A DNA stretch of 64,000 nucleotides. Origin: Amoebidium appalachense. Its lineage: Eukaryota; Protista; Ichthyosporea. The stretch covers positions 12,609,728 through 12,673,727 of the forward strand of contig CAVNZM010000005.1 of NCBI GenBank assembly GCA_963693365.1, read 5' to 3'. Position 1 is the stretch's first letter, and each line of letters opens with the position of its first letter. The notes below the pieces were generated by a model. It searched no databases. It was given only the letters and a program-made list of their open reading frames with translations, and was not told the origin of the DNA. The translations under genes were made by a program, and so were the position numbers. Shown piece by piece: positions 1-30,352 of the stretch.

Positions 1-160
1 CTTACAGTAGAGTTTAGGCTCAGCAAAGCAGATCTCGTCAAGGCAAGTTCCTTCAATCAAATAGATTGATGGAATTTCAATGGTATGCGGACTGGATAAT
101 TTCGATAAATTCATGAGCTGTCCCTAAAGCGGGGAGGCATGTATCGTCACGTGTCATACA

Positions 161-1232
161 TGTTGGAGTGCAGACTTACGCTCACTCCACAATATGTGTA
201 TGTTAGCTTTACAATTGGTTCCGTGTACACAGACACACGCTGACACTCGATCACCACATGCACATCTGCATAGTTGAGGAATGTTGCCAATTGTGTTTTG
301 ACTGCAAACGATTGGTTCACTGGTCCCAGAGATCTCTAAATGAAAGTAACCAATCCGATTAGCGCCTGGCATCCGGATTACATTCCAGACTGCTGCCCCA
401 CGGGTATATAAACCACGGCTCTGCCAGGTGCAGAAATGGAGTTCAGTCATGGAGTTCAGTCATGGAGTTCAGTCATGGAGTTCAGTCATGGAGTTCAGTC
501 ATGGAGTTCAGTCATGGAGTTAACACACTGAAAGCAGTAAAAAACGGGTCAGCGCCCAAGCGCGCCACGACGACCCTAGTCACAGCGGACTCTACTTCCA
601 ACAGGGTTATGGGCCCAGACACGACACCGCGGCCTCTAACTTCACGTCCCCTACGACGCCTTGAACGGAGGAGCCAGAACCCGACTTCTAGGCTGTACCC
701 TACACCCGCGAGCGTATTTCCGTGAAGTAGAGACTTTCGCTTCCACAAACTCCATCCGCAGCAGCCTGCGACATCAACGTCAAGTATTCCACTTCATTGG
801 CGGGGCAAGCACCACAGTGGAATGCACACCCCGGTCTACCCTGCAAGTAGCCACACTCACTCTCTCTTCTCTAGTGGTGTGTACACTTCTCCAATTGGGT
901 AGGGGTGTTGGAGTGCAGACTTACGCTCACTCCACAATATGTGTATGTTAGCTTTACAATTGGTTCCGTGTACACAGACACACACTGACACTCGATCACC
1001 ACATGCACATCTGCATAGTTGAGGAATGTTGCCAATTGTGTTTTGACTGCAAACGATTGGTTCACTGGTCCCAGAGATCTCTAAATAAAAGTAACCAATC
1101 CGATTAGCGCCTGGCATCCGGATTACATTCCAGACTGCTGCCCCACGGGTATATAAACCACGTCTCTGCCAGGTGCAGACATGGAGTTCAGTCATGGAGT
1201 TCAGTCATGGAGTTCAGTCATGGAGTTCAGTC
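161..1232 (+). mobile_element. Non-autonomous miniature LTR retroelement (TRIM-like): LTR1 161-525, internal region 526-905, 3'-truncated LTR2 906-1232
   Basis: Direct repeats 161-435 and 906-1180 differ at 4 substitutions by eye. LTR1 is bounded by TGTT...AACA. A purine-rich tract GGGTAGGGG (897-905) directly precedes LTR2. CCAAT (about 349-353) and TATATAAA (405-412) lie inside the LTR. No gag/pol recognised and no TGG-type PBS. Confidence 0.7.
436..520 (+). repeat. 13-bp tandem repeat ATGGAGTTCAGTC, 6 full copies plus a partial (4 copies at 1181-1232)
   Basis: Read directly from the sequence. Confidence 0.95.
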
Positions 1233-1350
1233 GTACATGCATATTTATATTTATAAACGTTACATATACCACTGCCCACGGAAATGTACGCATGTAAATA
1301 TATAATAATGAAGGCCTTTCTGCATGTTTTCATATGTGCATTTATGCTCC

Positions 1351-1511
1351 CTTACAGTAGAGTTTAGGCTCAGCAAAGCAGATCTCGTCAAGGCAAGTTC
1401 CTTCAATCAAATAGATTGATGGAATTTCAATGGTATGCGGACTGGATAATTTCGATAAATTCATGAGCTGTCCCTAAAGCGGGGAGGCATGTATCGTCAC
1501 GTGTCATACAT
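1351..1511 (+). repeat. Direct duplicate of window positions 1-161
   Basis: Identical 161-bp string at an offset of 1350 bp, flanking the LTR element. Confidence 0.95.
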
Positions 1512-2204
1512 CCCATACATGCATGAATATATCAAAAAAAATATATGTTGCTAATATCACCGTGTACTTGAACAGCATAATTTGGTGCATAATTTGCTGA
1601 AACCAATCCCAATATGTCGTATTTTTAATCATCTTCATGGAATTCATTCATGGCAGTTATAGAACGTGGTGGGGGTTTACGCTGTTTGCTCGAGGCAAAG
1701 AACGTGGTGAGTCTGGTGATTTTGTGGCTCACGGCCAAATATGGATCAAGCATGCGCACGGGGCCAGATGTGAGGCTCCCGACTCCTGAGGCCGGAGTCG
1801 TGTGACACAAACACGTATCATAATCACTGTATCTCCAAGTGTACTATGTACGGATACACACTGTACAGCTGCATACGGGCAGTGAATCAATAGAACCCTA
1901 ATACTAGGTACAGTACAGCATGCGCAATTATTCCATGACCACTTAATAACTTTCTGGTTATTAGTAGAGTTGACGGTCACGAAATTTTAGTTCTTTTAGG
2001 ACACTGTGACAACGCACATGTAAGGTACATGTAAGGTACATGTACACTGGCATGTGTATATGCATGCCTTTTAATCGCCAGTTCAGACTTTGACGACTCC
2101 AGTGCACACACTTGAGCAACAATAACTATTACTGCACCATGAGTAATTTCCTACTTTTCTACTAGTGGTTACAATCATCCCCTTCAGTTTATGACTAGCA
2201 CTTC

Positions 2205-3287
2205 ATGAGAGTGAATGAAAAAGCTAACACTCTTTCAGAACTCAGAAACATGCCGAGCCCTGCAAATTCGAAAAGTTCATTACATGAACATCCATCCACA
2301 AATCACAGCCTCGTACGTAGTCACAGCGACCATTCCGTCACCAGCATTACACGGCGTATTGGCAGGCTAGCAGCTAATTTTCGTTGTGTTAGAGACGCCG
2401 TTGAGCCTCACTCGGAAAACAGTAGCAAGATAAACACACTCTCCTTCTCGCTACCCACAACACTACTGTGTGCAAAAAATCCCGACACATGTACACTCCT
2501 CACTTCGCGGGAAAACCCAGGCTTACTCCGTTTAGTATCAGATGAGCGAGTGATTTCTGCGGATATCGACGATGTTTTGTGCGCTGAAAATGACAGCACT
2601 ACTACGCCCTCGGAATCCCAGAGTGCGTCGCTTAGCGAATCCTCCGTGTCAACTATTGAAGACGGGAGTATAAGTATGCCAAGTGCCGGTGGGTGTGGTA
2701 CTAATAGCAGTCAAAAAGACCCGAATAATGAGCAACAAAGCAGCGCGTTTCCATGCGAGAAGAAAACCTTTAAAACGGTGCTCCTACGCTGGGGATTTTC
2801 GCATTTTCGTCGACGCTCACACGTCGTCGAACCCACTTCACTCCAAACGACAAATGCACACGGTTCGAATGTGCACGTGACGTCAACAAGCAGAAAACGT
2901 ACAAGTTTAAGCTACACTGTCCGGGCCGTCGACGTCAGCACCGAGCCCACGCTATTATCCGATTCAGCCTCAGTAATACTTTGTACATGTGGTCCAGCTT
3001 CCAACTACACCATTCCTGATGGAAACCACTCGATCGAAAAATACCAACCAGAGACTCTGAGTCGCCGTCGTACACAGTCACTTTCAAGCAATGTTATCGA
3101 CCAATCAAACCCCTGCACCGTATGTCGCAGCCAATCGTTTTCTTGCACGTCACATCGACATGAGGCGGCGAAAATTCTCGCGGATGAGGCGGGGAATGGC
3201 CACCCGTGGATTCGAAATTATCTCAGTGCTATGTGGCAGTTGAACGAGACGGACTCCATACAGCTGGCGGCTGCGTATTCGTTTTAA
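2205..3287 (+). CDS. Hypothetical intronless Ser/Thr-rich protein, 360 aa
   Basis: Long uninterrupted ORF free of microsatellites and followed by AT-rich sequence. No family recognised. Confidence 0.5.
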   Translation: MRVNEKANTLSELRNMPSPANSKSSLHEHPSTNHSLVRSHSDHSVTSITRRIGRLAANFRCVRDAVEPHSENSSKINTLSFSLPTTLLCAKNPDTCTLLTSRENPGLLRLVSDERVISADIDDVLCAENDSTTTPSESQSASLSESSVSTIEDGSISMPSAGGCGTNSSQKDPNNEQQSSAFPCEKKTFKTVLLRWGFSHFRRRSHVVEPTSLQTTNAHGSNVHVTSTSRKRTSLSYTVRAVDVSTEPTLLSDSASVILCTCGPASNYTIPDGNHSIEKYQPETLSRRRTQSLSSNVIDQSNPCTVCRSQSFSCTSHRHEAAKILADEAGNGHPWIRNYLSAMWQLNETDSIQLAAAYSF

Positions 3288-4069
3288 AAACTTAAAAATA
3301 TTAATTTTAGCTATTAATTTTAGCTACAGAAGTTTAGGTTTAGCCGCGCCTTCATTTATTTCTACAGTTAGTAGACGTAACATATACCTTAGCCTGAGTA
3401 TTATACATATTTGAGTATGCTTTGTAAAAAATTAATTGACACCAGTAGTACTGTTCAGTAGTATTCAAAGTTTGATGATAACTCTGTACATGTACTAATA
3501 ATAATTCTTTGCGCACTGCACTGAATGTGCCACCCTGGGATGCACGCCATTCACGTGTACTGTGTAGTACTACTGCTAACCAAATGTGGTTATATAACTT
3601 CAGCCGCACATGATCCTGGCTATAGTCTCTTGTGTTATGATAACTTAATAATGCGTCATGAACTTCAAGGCCACGAACATACTTTTTTGACTTGATTATC
3701 TTAGTCAAACGAAAAACAGTCTATTCAGCCTAGTGCTTGTTCACTTTATAATAGTATGTCACACGTACTCAGTGGTCAGCGTATGTATGAGGCCAACTGA
3801 ACGAGCCGCCGTACATTATTTTAGAGACTTGTAAAGACTTTCTATAGTTATTGAACAGGCAAATCCCAAATTGTCATGTTCGGTGAGCAGTAAACAATTA
3901 ATTGCGATGAAACACAAATAATAATGCCTAAGAAATACTAGTCGTTATTGTCATGCCATTATCCCAGTGCATCCAAGTATACATGCGTAAATTAAGATAT
4001 CAACTGGCAAAGCCAGGCAGTCTGAAAGACCAACTTAATTCAGTCGCCAGCATCATGTACCTACCCTCC

Positions 4070-5430
<1,361 letters not shown>

Positions 5431-5797
5431 TCTCTGGGCCTTCTTTATTAGGCTCTCCGAACTGACAGGTCCCTGAGGCTTTCGAGATTTCGAGCCTAAA
5501 CATATGATCAATGGCATTCAAATAATATGCGCACACAGCCCGGAAAACAGCATACACTGCAACGGGATTTATGGACGGAGAGGATAAACACTAGCTAATA
5601 CTTGAGGGTCACAAGGAAAGGTAAAACTTGCAAACTTCCCCATAAAAAAGAAGACAGAAAACTGAGGGGAAAAAGAAAACGTAAGGATTGGCAGAGTTGA
5701 AGTCTTTAAGCACGGGGCTGGGTGGCGAGCGCATGTGTGAAGGTGTGTGTATGTGTGTGTGTGTGTGTGTCACGGTGTGTGTGTGTGCGTGTGTGTA

Positions 5798-5858
<61 letters not shown>

Positions 5859-5992
5859 TGTTTGGGGGGGGGGGGGGGGGGGAGGGGGAGAAGGGCCGGG
5901 CGGAACTTGAAGGGCAAGCAGTGCACGTGCCAGTTTCCAACCCCAATAGCGCTTATAAGTGAAGGGGATGGCCAAAGGGGTAGAAAGGCGCG

Positions 5993-6034
<42 letters not shown>

Positions 6035-6589
6035 TGAATGCGGAACATGGTACGAAGTACCGTATACATGATGAGAAGCATGGTGCAGGATGCATGCAAA
6101 GGCAAACATTCAAGTATGCAACATCAGCAATGCGTACAGTATGCGCTATAAGCAGAGCGCATCCTCAGGGGGGAGGGGCCTGGGAGGGGGGGGGGGGAGC
6201 AGAGAGAATGCCGAGAATAAACATGTATCTCGGATGGGATTTACTGCCGGGTCTAGGATTTTATAACAAAACGCTCACCTTAATTCATCCTTCAATGAAG
6301 TTAGAACCTTTTATTATGCTGTCGTTCTTGGTGTTATTCTTATCTCAATAATGTAACAGTCCACATGATATCTGCTCTTATCATAACCATAGTATCTCCG
6401 TCAAAAACCAATCAAAACCACTGTTTGGGCCGCAGACACCAGTACCTGCGCATCAAACCTACCGTCACCGCCTTACGTAACCCACTTGTTCATTGCCATA
6501 TATGGAAGCACTTAATTGACATATATGGAAGTGAGACCAAATTCCCATATGTAGAAATAGCACTTAATTGCTATATATGGTAGTAAGCC

Positions 6590-14949
<8,360 letters not shown>

Positions 14950-16260
14950 CTTGGCGGAAAGGCCTCTTTAGCCTTAATAAAAATCTCCGGTAAACCAACA
15001 AAAAAAGAGCGGAAAAGCACCACGATAGCTCGTGAGTGTGGTCTCTATGCCTTTCACCTTCCCCTCATTTACACCTAAAAACTAATAACATGGGCCAGAA
15101 TAAAAACCAACTCACAAGAAGTTTTGTTGCTGTGTGCGTTTGGAGCCATCGATCGCCGCAGTGATTCAGAGAACATCTGTCCCCATAGACCCACCTATTA
15201 CCATAAATGGTAGCTACGATCGTAGAAATTTTGGCGGGGCGCTTTATAAAACGGTTCTGATTGGTCAGATTACACCGTTAAAAGCCTGCTCCAAAACGCC
15301 CGGCGGCGGCGCAACGGAGAGAGCGAGAGACAGGGGTGATGTTGCCATGGAAGGAAATGGGAATTGAAGTCACAATGGTGAATTTTCTTGTTGAACTATA
15401 GAGGTTGTGCACACCTAGGTGTTACGCATTTGCAAAAAAAAACAATAAAGATTTGGTTTTATGAGCCATGTGCCCAATTCCAACCGCCCATGGCCAATAA
15501 AAGCCCTGATGAAACCTGTGAGCTTGTGCATGCCGCTTATCAGTAATCACCACCACTGCTGAAATGCCACAACGCGAAGGATTGCCTCTAAATACTCACT
15601 GAAAAGCCTTTTTTCCACCCGCCGTGGGCCGTGGCTCGCAATGTGTAGCCGTGCCGTGCAATGCATGGGGCCCATCATGATGGCGCAAAGCATGCTCAAG
15701 TCAGAGCCTTCGATAGGATGCACGATTCCTAACAGGCTCCCGGCACCACCAACATCCATCATCCACACCCCCACTGGCCCTCCCCTCTTTGACCTCTTCC
15801 CCTGGCCACCGAGGGCTAACAGCACCTGAAGTATCTCCTCCGCCCGCCCCGGTCCCCCCCCGTCCCCCCCCCCCCCTCCCCCCCACCCCCAACTTGCCAC
15901 CTCGCCGCAGGCGGGTGGATATCGATATCTATACAAAGGGGCAGCTCATGAATACACAGCTCCCTATAAGCTTAAGATACGAGTGGGCCATTGCAATTGC
16001 AAACGACGCTTGGCACCATTCCAAGTGCACACATCCAGTCTGAGAAGAAGAGCAGCTTCGGATACACGCTATGGGATGTTTATGGATAGGTCTGCTGTCA
16101 CAGTGAAGGATGGCGGCCATATACAGGGGCCCATATGAACGACATGACCTGAACCGTTCGTTTGCATCTATGAACAACGCTTATACATGTTGCGTGCACG
16201 TGCCCCCGCGTCACGGAGCTAACATTGTCAAGCACGTGTGTGTACGAGTGTGGGAGATTC

Positions 16261-16293
<33 letters not shown>

Positions 16294-16599
16294 GGGGGGG
16301 GGGGAGGGGGGGGGGGGAGGCGGGGGGTTGCGGGGGGCTACAGCATTGATTATAGAATTGAACTGAACTATTATCTTCATAATCAATTGGAAAATCGCGC
16401 GCACCTGCGTGTGTGTGTGTGTTCCTCTGGGTATGCGTGTGTGTGCGAATGTGTGCGAGCGGCGGGTGCCCGCGTATGTTTTGTGTTCGTGCTTGGATGC
16501 GTGTGTGTGAGCGCACGCCTGTGTGTGGCAGTGTCCCAAGCATCTATTCAAAATTTCTCCTTTCTTCCCTCCCCCCCCCCCCCCCCTTCTTTTTTTTTT

Positions 16600-16636
<37 letters not shown>

Positions 16637-16808
16637 ACCAAAACAGACCTTGACTTAGTAATTGCAGCATGGAATCATTGCTCGGTTTATTCCCGTCCGC
16701 TGACGAGATTCATTCGGATCATCATGAGCCCCACATACACTAAATTACTACCAACATTCATAATTTAACCAATCCATCCTACGGACCCTACCACACTCTC
16801 AAGCTATC

Positions 16809-17278
16809 TCACCCTGAATTTCCATTATGAGTCCCCCCAACACTCGCTCTAGCCTTATCCTCCGCCAATCTAACATATCTGTCCACCTGCCCCTCTAACA
16901 TCTCTCTGTGTGGGTGCTCCTCTTTTGACTTGACCAATGGCGCAACATATTTGCTATTGAGATATGCAGCCAAAACTCCCGCAATGAGCCCCCCTAAATG
17001 TGCCTCCCACGAAATTCCAGTCCCTACACCGGGAAATGCAGCGGAAATCCATCCTCCGTACAAAAACCCCGTCACAAGAGCGAAAAGCAGGTTTCGGATT
17101 TTGAAAGGTCTCTCCCATATAAGCACGGAAAGATTGAAGGACCAATAGCCAAAATCGAGGCCAGATGCACCCACAACGAATGCAAATCTACCGATTAGCC
17201 ATGTGATAAAACCCCCCGCCAGAATTATAAACCCCGTGCAGAACAGGTATTGGTAGGATCCCCGTAGCGCTATGGGAA

Positions 17279-17358
<80 letters not shown>

Positions 17359-18964
17359 GTGTGCCAGGTGTCAGCATAACACTTGCTGTATTCCAAGTGC
17401 CGTAGGGGTGCAAAAGGAAAAGATGGGTAACAGTATACACGCGGGGGTGGTTTGGTTCTGGTACAAATATTTCGTAAGGACAAGTGACCCAGGGAGGTGG
17501 TTGTCGTGTTTCTGTGTGTGTAAGTGTATCCACAACCTTTTCACCAAGGGCCGAACTCTACAGCACCCTCCCCCCTCCCCCCTCCCCCTCCTTCCCCTCA
17601 ACTCTCTGCCCCTTTCAGCGACTTAGGGAAGGGGGTTGGTTTCCAAGGTGTTTATCTACATTTTGGGACAGAACGGGGAGGAGAGGGGGGGGGGGGGGGG
17701 GGGGGGGGGAGGGGGGGGCCGGGAGGATATTTATTCGCTGTAGAAAAGTTCATTTCTCTTTCTTTTTCTCTTTTTCAAAATCTTCTTCTTTTTCCTCTTC
17801 TGTTCTTGGCTTCTTCTTTTCTTTTCTTTTCTTTTCCTTTCATTTTTTTGGGTGGGGGGGGGGAGGGGGGAGGGGGGAAGGTGGGAGACGGGGAGGGGAA
17901 GGGGGGTGGGAAGGGGGGGTTGCTGTTAAAAAATTCCAAGAGCAGTGGGTTCATGTATGTGCATGTCTGACCCAAGGTGGTCAAAGAACGAATTCGGATA
18001 CGTGTATATGCCTGTCTAGGGAAAGCAAAAATATAACGACCCCCACCCCGGGGGGGGGGGGGGGGAGGGGGGGGGGGGGGGGGAGGGGGGGGGGCTGTGT
18101 ACGGGCTATGTCTTTGGCGTGTGTGGAGGGGGGTGCAAAAGCCGGAAGGGAGGAGGGATGAATGCGGGGAGGTCGCGATGGGGGTGGGGAGGGAGCCTCG
18201 GGAGGGGGGGGGGGGGGGGGGGGGGGGGAGGGTAAGAAAAATAGGGGAAAACATGAGGCATTGATGAATGATTATCAAGAGAGGAGTCCAAGCTGGCAAG
18301 CAACGCTTGGCACTTGTTGAGTGATAATAAAAGCGAGGGAGAAGGGGGAGGGGGAGGGGGGGGGGGGGGGGGGAGAGGGGAAGGAGGGTAGGGGAGGGGC
18401 CGGAGCTTTGTGAGGGGAGGGAGGGGGGAGGGGGGAGGGGGGAGGGGGGGGGAGGGGAGGGGGGGGGGGGGGGCGCCAACCCAGAGTAACGAAACCCCAG
18501 GTGTTGGCCACGAGGTGGTGCCAGCCGGTGTGGATGAAGGGACACAGAGGTATGCCCCTTAGCCCTTTCCACGTACGTGGCAATATGCCATACTGTGGCA
18601 AGTTGGGAAAGAAACACCACTGTAGCGTCATAGACAGATACATAAGGAGCAGGGGCGACCCAAGGAGAAAGAAGGGTGATAGCACAACGAAAAGTGCTTT
18701 TCTCTGTAGGTCGCTTGAGCCAAACCCCGTTGTGTCTGCATCCATTAACCTTGTTGCCGCGTTGTAGGGTGGCGAAGGCGGCCCCCTCTCTACATCATCG
18801 CGATTAGTGTCGCTATGTGCAAGTAGAGACTGTGTGTCGTGGGTGTTGGGAACTGTCCGGCCAACCGTTCTACCGAGGTTCACAGCTAAAGGGTCACTGC
18901 GTGACACCGTACGCTCGGCTGGGCCGCACGCCACCACTGATTCATCCTCAAGAGGGTCTAACAT
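16809..18964 (-). CDS. Rhomboid-family intramembrane serine protease, bacterial type, about 318 aa
   Basis: Two exons, 18964-18481 and 17281-16809, joined by a phase-1 intron. Motifs: YGILPRTWKGLRGIPLCPFIHTGWHHLVANT, catalytic GASG, and ISWEAHLGGLIAG (catalytic His). The donor GTTGGC is weak but restores the frame. Confidence 0.9.
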
Positions 18965-19275
18965 AATAGAGGTGTATATGGGAAAAGTGTGTATGCCTAT
19001 AAGATGTGTTGAAACTTAGAGCTCTGCAATTCACTTTGAACCTGCAAACACACAACGGCTGGCAGACCAGAGGTAGTTATTATCCTTTAGCAGAGCGGGG
19101 TGGGGAGTCGCTTATTTGGTTGAGCCTGTCTGCTTAGTGTTACGTGCCCTTTTAGTCAGGCTTCCACAATACCCCTACTACCGTGCTACCATGAATAGCT
19201 ACCAGAAAGCTCTCGGAGTAACATGGGATAGTGAGAGACTGCAAGTCACCTTTCTGTCTCGGAGAAAATGAGATT

Positions 19276-19400
19276 GGGTACGTTCGCACTAGGAACGATC
19301 GTCGGTCCATCGATCTGATGACCGGCGTCCGAAAATCAACCGGGTGTTCGCATTGTGCAGATCGTCGGTCGCCGGTCGCCGGTTAGGACTATTTATAAAA

Positions 19401-19440
<40 letters not shown>

Positions 19441-20275
19441 CTTGCACCTTTTATATACAGATAATAATTACACTTTTCGCTTCTATTTGTCACTTGTGGT
19501 GTTTGATGGGCGTTTTATGCAGTTCACGAGTGCTTATATCTAGTTTTCCTTGCTCAGCGTAATCGTCTATAATCTGCTAGGCGCTAATTGTTGCCTAGCA
19601 TGTACATATGTCACTAACTGCATTTGATTGGCTGCGCTGGCAAACGCAGCAGGCCGTGGGCCCCCAGCAGTGTCCACGCAAAAAAAAAGTGTAAACCCCT
19701 TGCATTGCTGCGGACATCGTCAGGGGCCCAGCCTCACTTGACGGCCTACTGCGTTTTCTAGCGCAGCCAATCAAATGCAGCTAGTGACTTATGTACACTG
19801 TATGCAATAAAACAACCCTAGTATAGATTATGGATAAGCAGAAGCTAGCATTGGTAGCTCCGAGAGAAAGTTAAGACACCGTATCACAATATCATACATA
19901 AGTAGAAAAGAGAATAAAGCCGCCCGTAACCTCCGGTTCTACCACATTAGCTAACAGGTCACACTTATTGATAGATATGCATCCGCGAGTAAACCGCCCC
20001 CCACATGGCACACGTAAGCGGAGAGGTATGCTTGCGGCTTTTGGGACTAATCGCTGGATTTCACTGAATCCGACCTCTGGTTTGCGAACTGGTTTGCTCT
20101 AATGACCGACGATCGAGCGTCGAATTCATTAGCCATATTTGGGTTTTTCGTCGTTTCTTCGTTTCAGTGCGAACACCGTTCGTCGAAACGACGATCGTCG
20201 ATGGCTCACCAATTTTCCATATATGGGGATTCGTCGTTTCGACGATCCTATTGTTTTTGTAGTGCGAACATACCC
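19276..20275. mobile_element. PIF/Harbinger-like MITE, 1000 bp
   Basis: TIRs GGGTA(C/T)GTTCGCACTA at both ends and a 3-bp TSD ATT (19273-19275 and 20276-20278). Inverted subterminal motifs GGTGTTCGCA/TGCGAACACC and GATCGTCGGTC/GACCGACGATC. Confidence 0.8.
19601..19797. mobile_element. Palindromic foldback MITE-like element nested in the Harbinger-like element
   Basis: Inverted arms of about 57 bp (TGTACATATGTCACTAACTGCATTTGATTGGCTGCGCT...) with few mismatches. Weaker symmetry extends to about 19565-19833. Confidence 0.75.
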
Positions 20276-20536
20276 ATTGAGCCCGTCTGGCTTTCCTCCC
20301 CATAGGTCAGCCTGTTGCCCAGCTACGCTAGGGAGGTAGCCTTCGGGCCAACCAAATGCTCGGAAATGATGGCGACCAGCATTCCAAAGTATAAAGTGAT
20401 GCCCAATCATAACGTACCATTCTGCATGTTTCACATTCCCCAACATTTGCTGACGTCACCTCAGATTCACCTTCCTGTTTATTAGATGTATTGATTGGCT
20501 TGAGAAACACATCATTACAAAATTCTAGCGCGCACA

Positions 20537-20702
<166 letters not shown>

Positions 20703-21794
20703 CCAGCTGATACCGAGTGTCCCAGGGGAGCCCGGGAAAAAAAAAAAGGGGGAACCCCAACGAATTGAGTTTCTTAGTCTTTGTGGTGTCTCGTAGAGAA
20801 AAGTAAACCCTGATATATAATCATCACCCGACAGCTATGTACGTGATCATGATATACCGCTGAGGGGATATTCCGAGCAAAACCCCCCCATACCTGAGAC
20901 AGGTCTCTCTTTGCCTCGATATAAACGGCGTAAACCGTCTCTGGACTGGGATTTATTGATCAGTGGTCCAGTGGATATGAAGGCAACGTGCAGCCAAAGG
21001 CTACATGACCACCAAAATAACCGACTTCGAAAGAGCCACAGCGATGAAATAAAAAATAAAACAACAAGTGACCAAAGGACACCAGCGGGCAAAGGTACAA
21101 GTGCACGTGTATGCGTGAAACTAGTTTGCTCCAACTAATCATATGCAGCGATGATGACCAGGCCACACTCCGCAAGAATATATCATTACTGCTGCCCCCC
21201 AACAGGCCCCCCTCAAAACCTACCGGGGCACAGCAAGCAAGTCAGCCCTTTAAAGAGCAATGCAGACCAAATCCGAGCTAGAAAACAATCCCCACGGGCC
21301 CGTCCCCTAGAAAACCCGCAGAAGCTGTCTCTAACTCTTTGATAAGGTGGTCTAGTTGTGGCAGAGACACACAGGAAAACACGACTACAGAATGCATGCA
21401 AGCAAACCCACCAGCCATTGCCATACTGGCGCTGAAGGCTGAAAACACGGCAGCCACAAGGAAAGCTCCTCGACGACCCAATAGCTACCCCTCCACTCAC
21501 GCAGCGCAGAAGCAGTTGAAGAAGTTGCAGCAGCCCACCGCCAATAGCTCGCGTAGAAGCGTAGATAGCGTGAAGTCACCGTAAGTTGCAGTGGGCCACC
21601 AGATGTCGAAGAACCCACTCCTCAAGCGAGAAACTCCGCGGAAGGGAGATGTCCCCACACTCTCACCACAGTAGGAATAGACAAGGCCGCACCACACACA
21701 CACAGTGTCACGGTCCCCTGAGTGGGACCCCTTCATTACAAAAAGAAAAAACGAAAGCCTTTATATACCTGCCATGGTGAAGAATCGGGGAAAA

Positions 21795-21885
21795 AGTTGA
21801 CGTGACAAGGCTAAGTAAGAGATCGAAGTAAAAGCGTAAACCCCTTACTGTAACCAATCAGTCGGCCGCATTTTGGCGCGCAACC
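21795..21885 (+). promoter_or_regulatory. Putative snurportin promoter: half-CRE TGACGT, CCAAT box (21855-21859) and E2F-like TTTGGCGCG (21872-21880)
   Basis: Clustered motifs 100-190 bp upstream of the ATG. Motif match only. Confidence 0.4.
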
Positions 21886-21986
21886 TCGGGTGTTCAAGCT
21901 GCATACATGTGGCCCAAGCTTGCCATGCACTCTGTTGTGGCGACAGGACTTAGTTTTTTCCCGTGTTTCTGCGCACTTAGGGCAGC

Positions 21987-30352
<8,366 letters not shown>

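Noticed and set aside
436-520. 13-bp array as a CRISPR array or telomere
   Set aside because: There are no spacers or cas genes, and the array is short and internal to a direct repeat in eukaryotic DNA.
154-1195. Duplicated 98-aa and 112-aa minus-strand ORFs (MTELH...)
   Set aside because: They are antisense readings of the LTRs that start from ATGs in the tandem array.
3180-3230. HPWI as the end of a kinase domain in the 360-aa ORF
   Set aside because: No upstream kinase motifs (GxGxxG, HRD, DFG, APE).
19315-19340. CTGATGA...GAAA hammerhead-like core (also CTGATGAAAC at about 15506)
   Set aside because: There is no G-C closed stem II and no convincing stems I and III.
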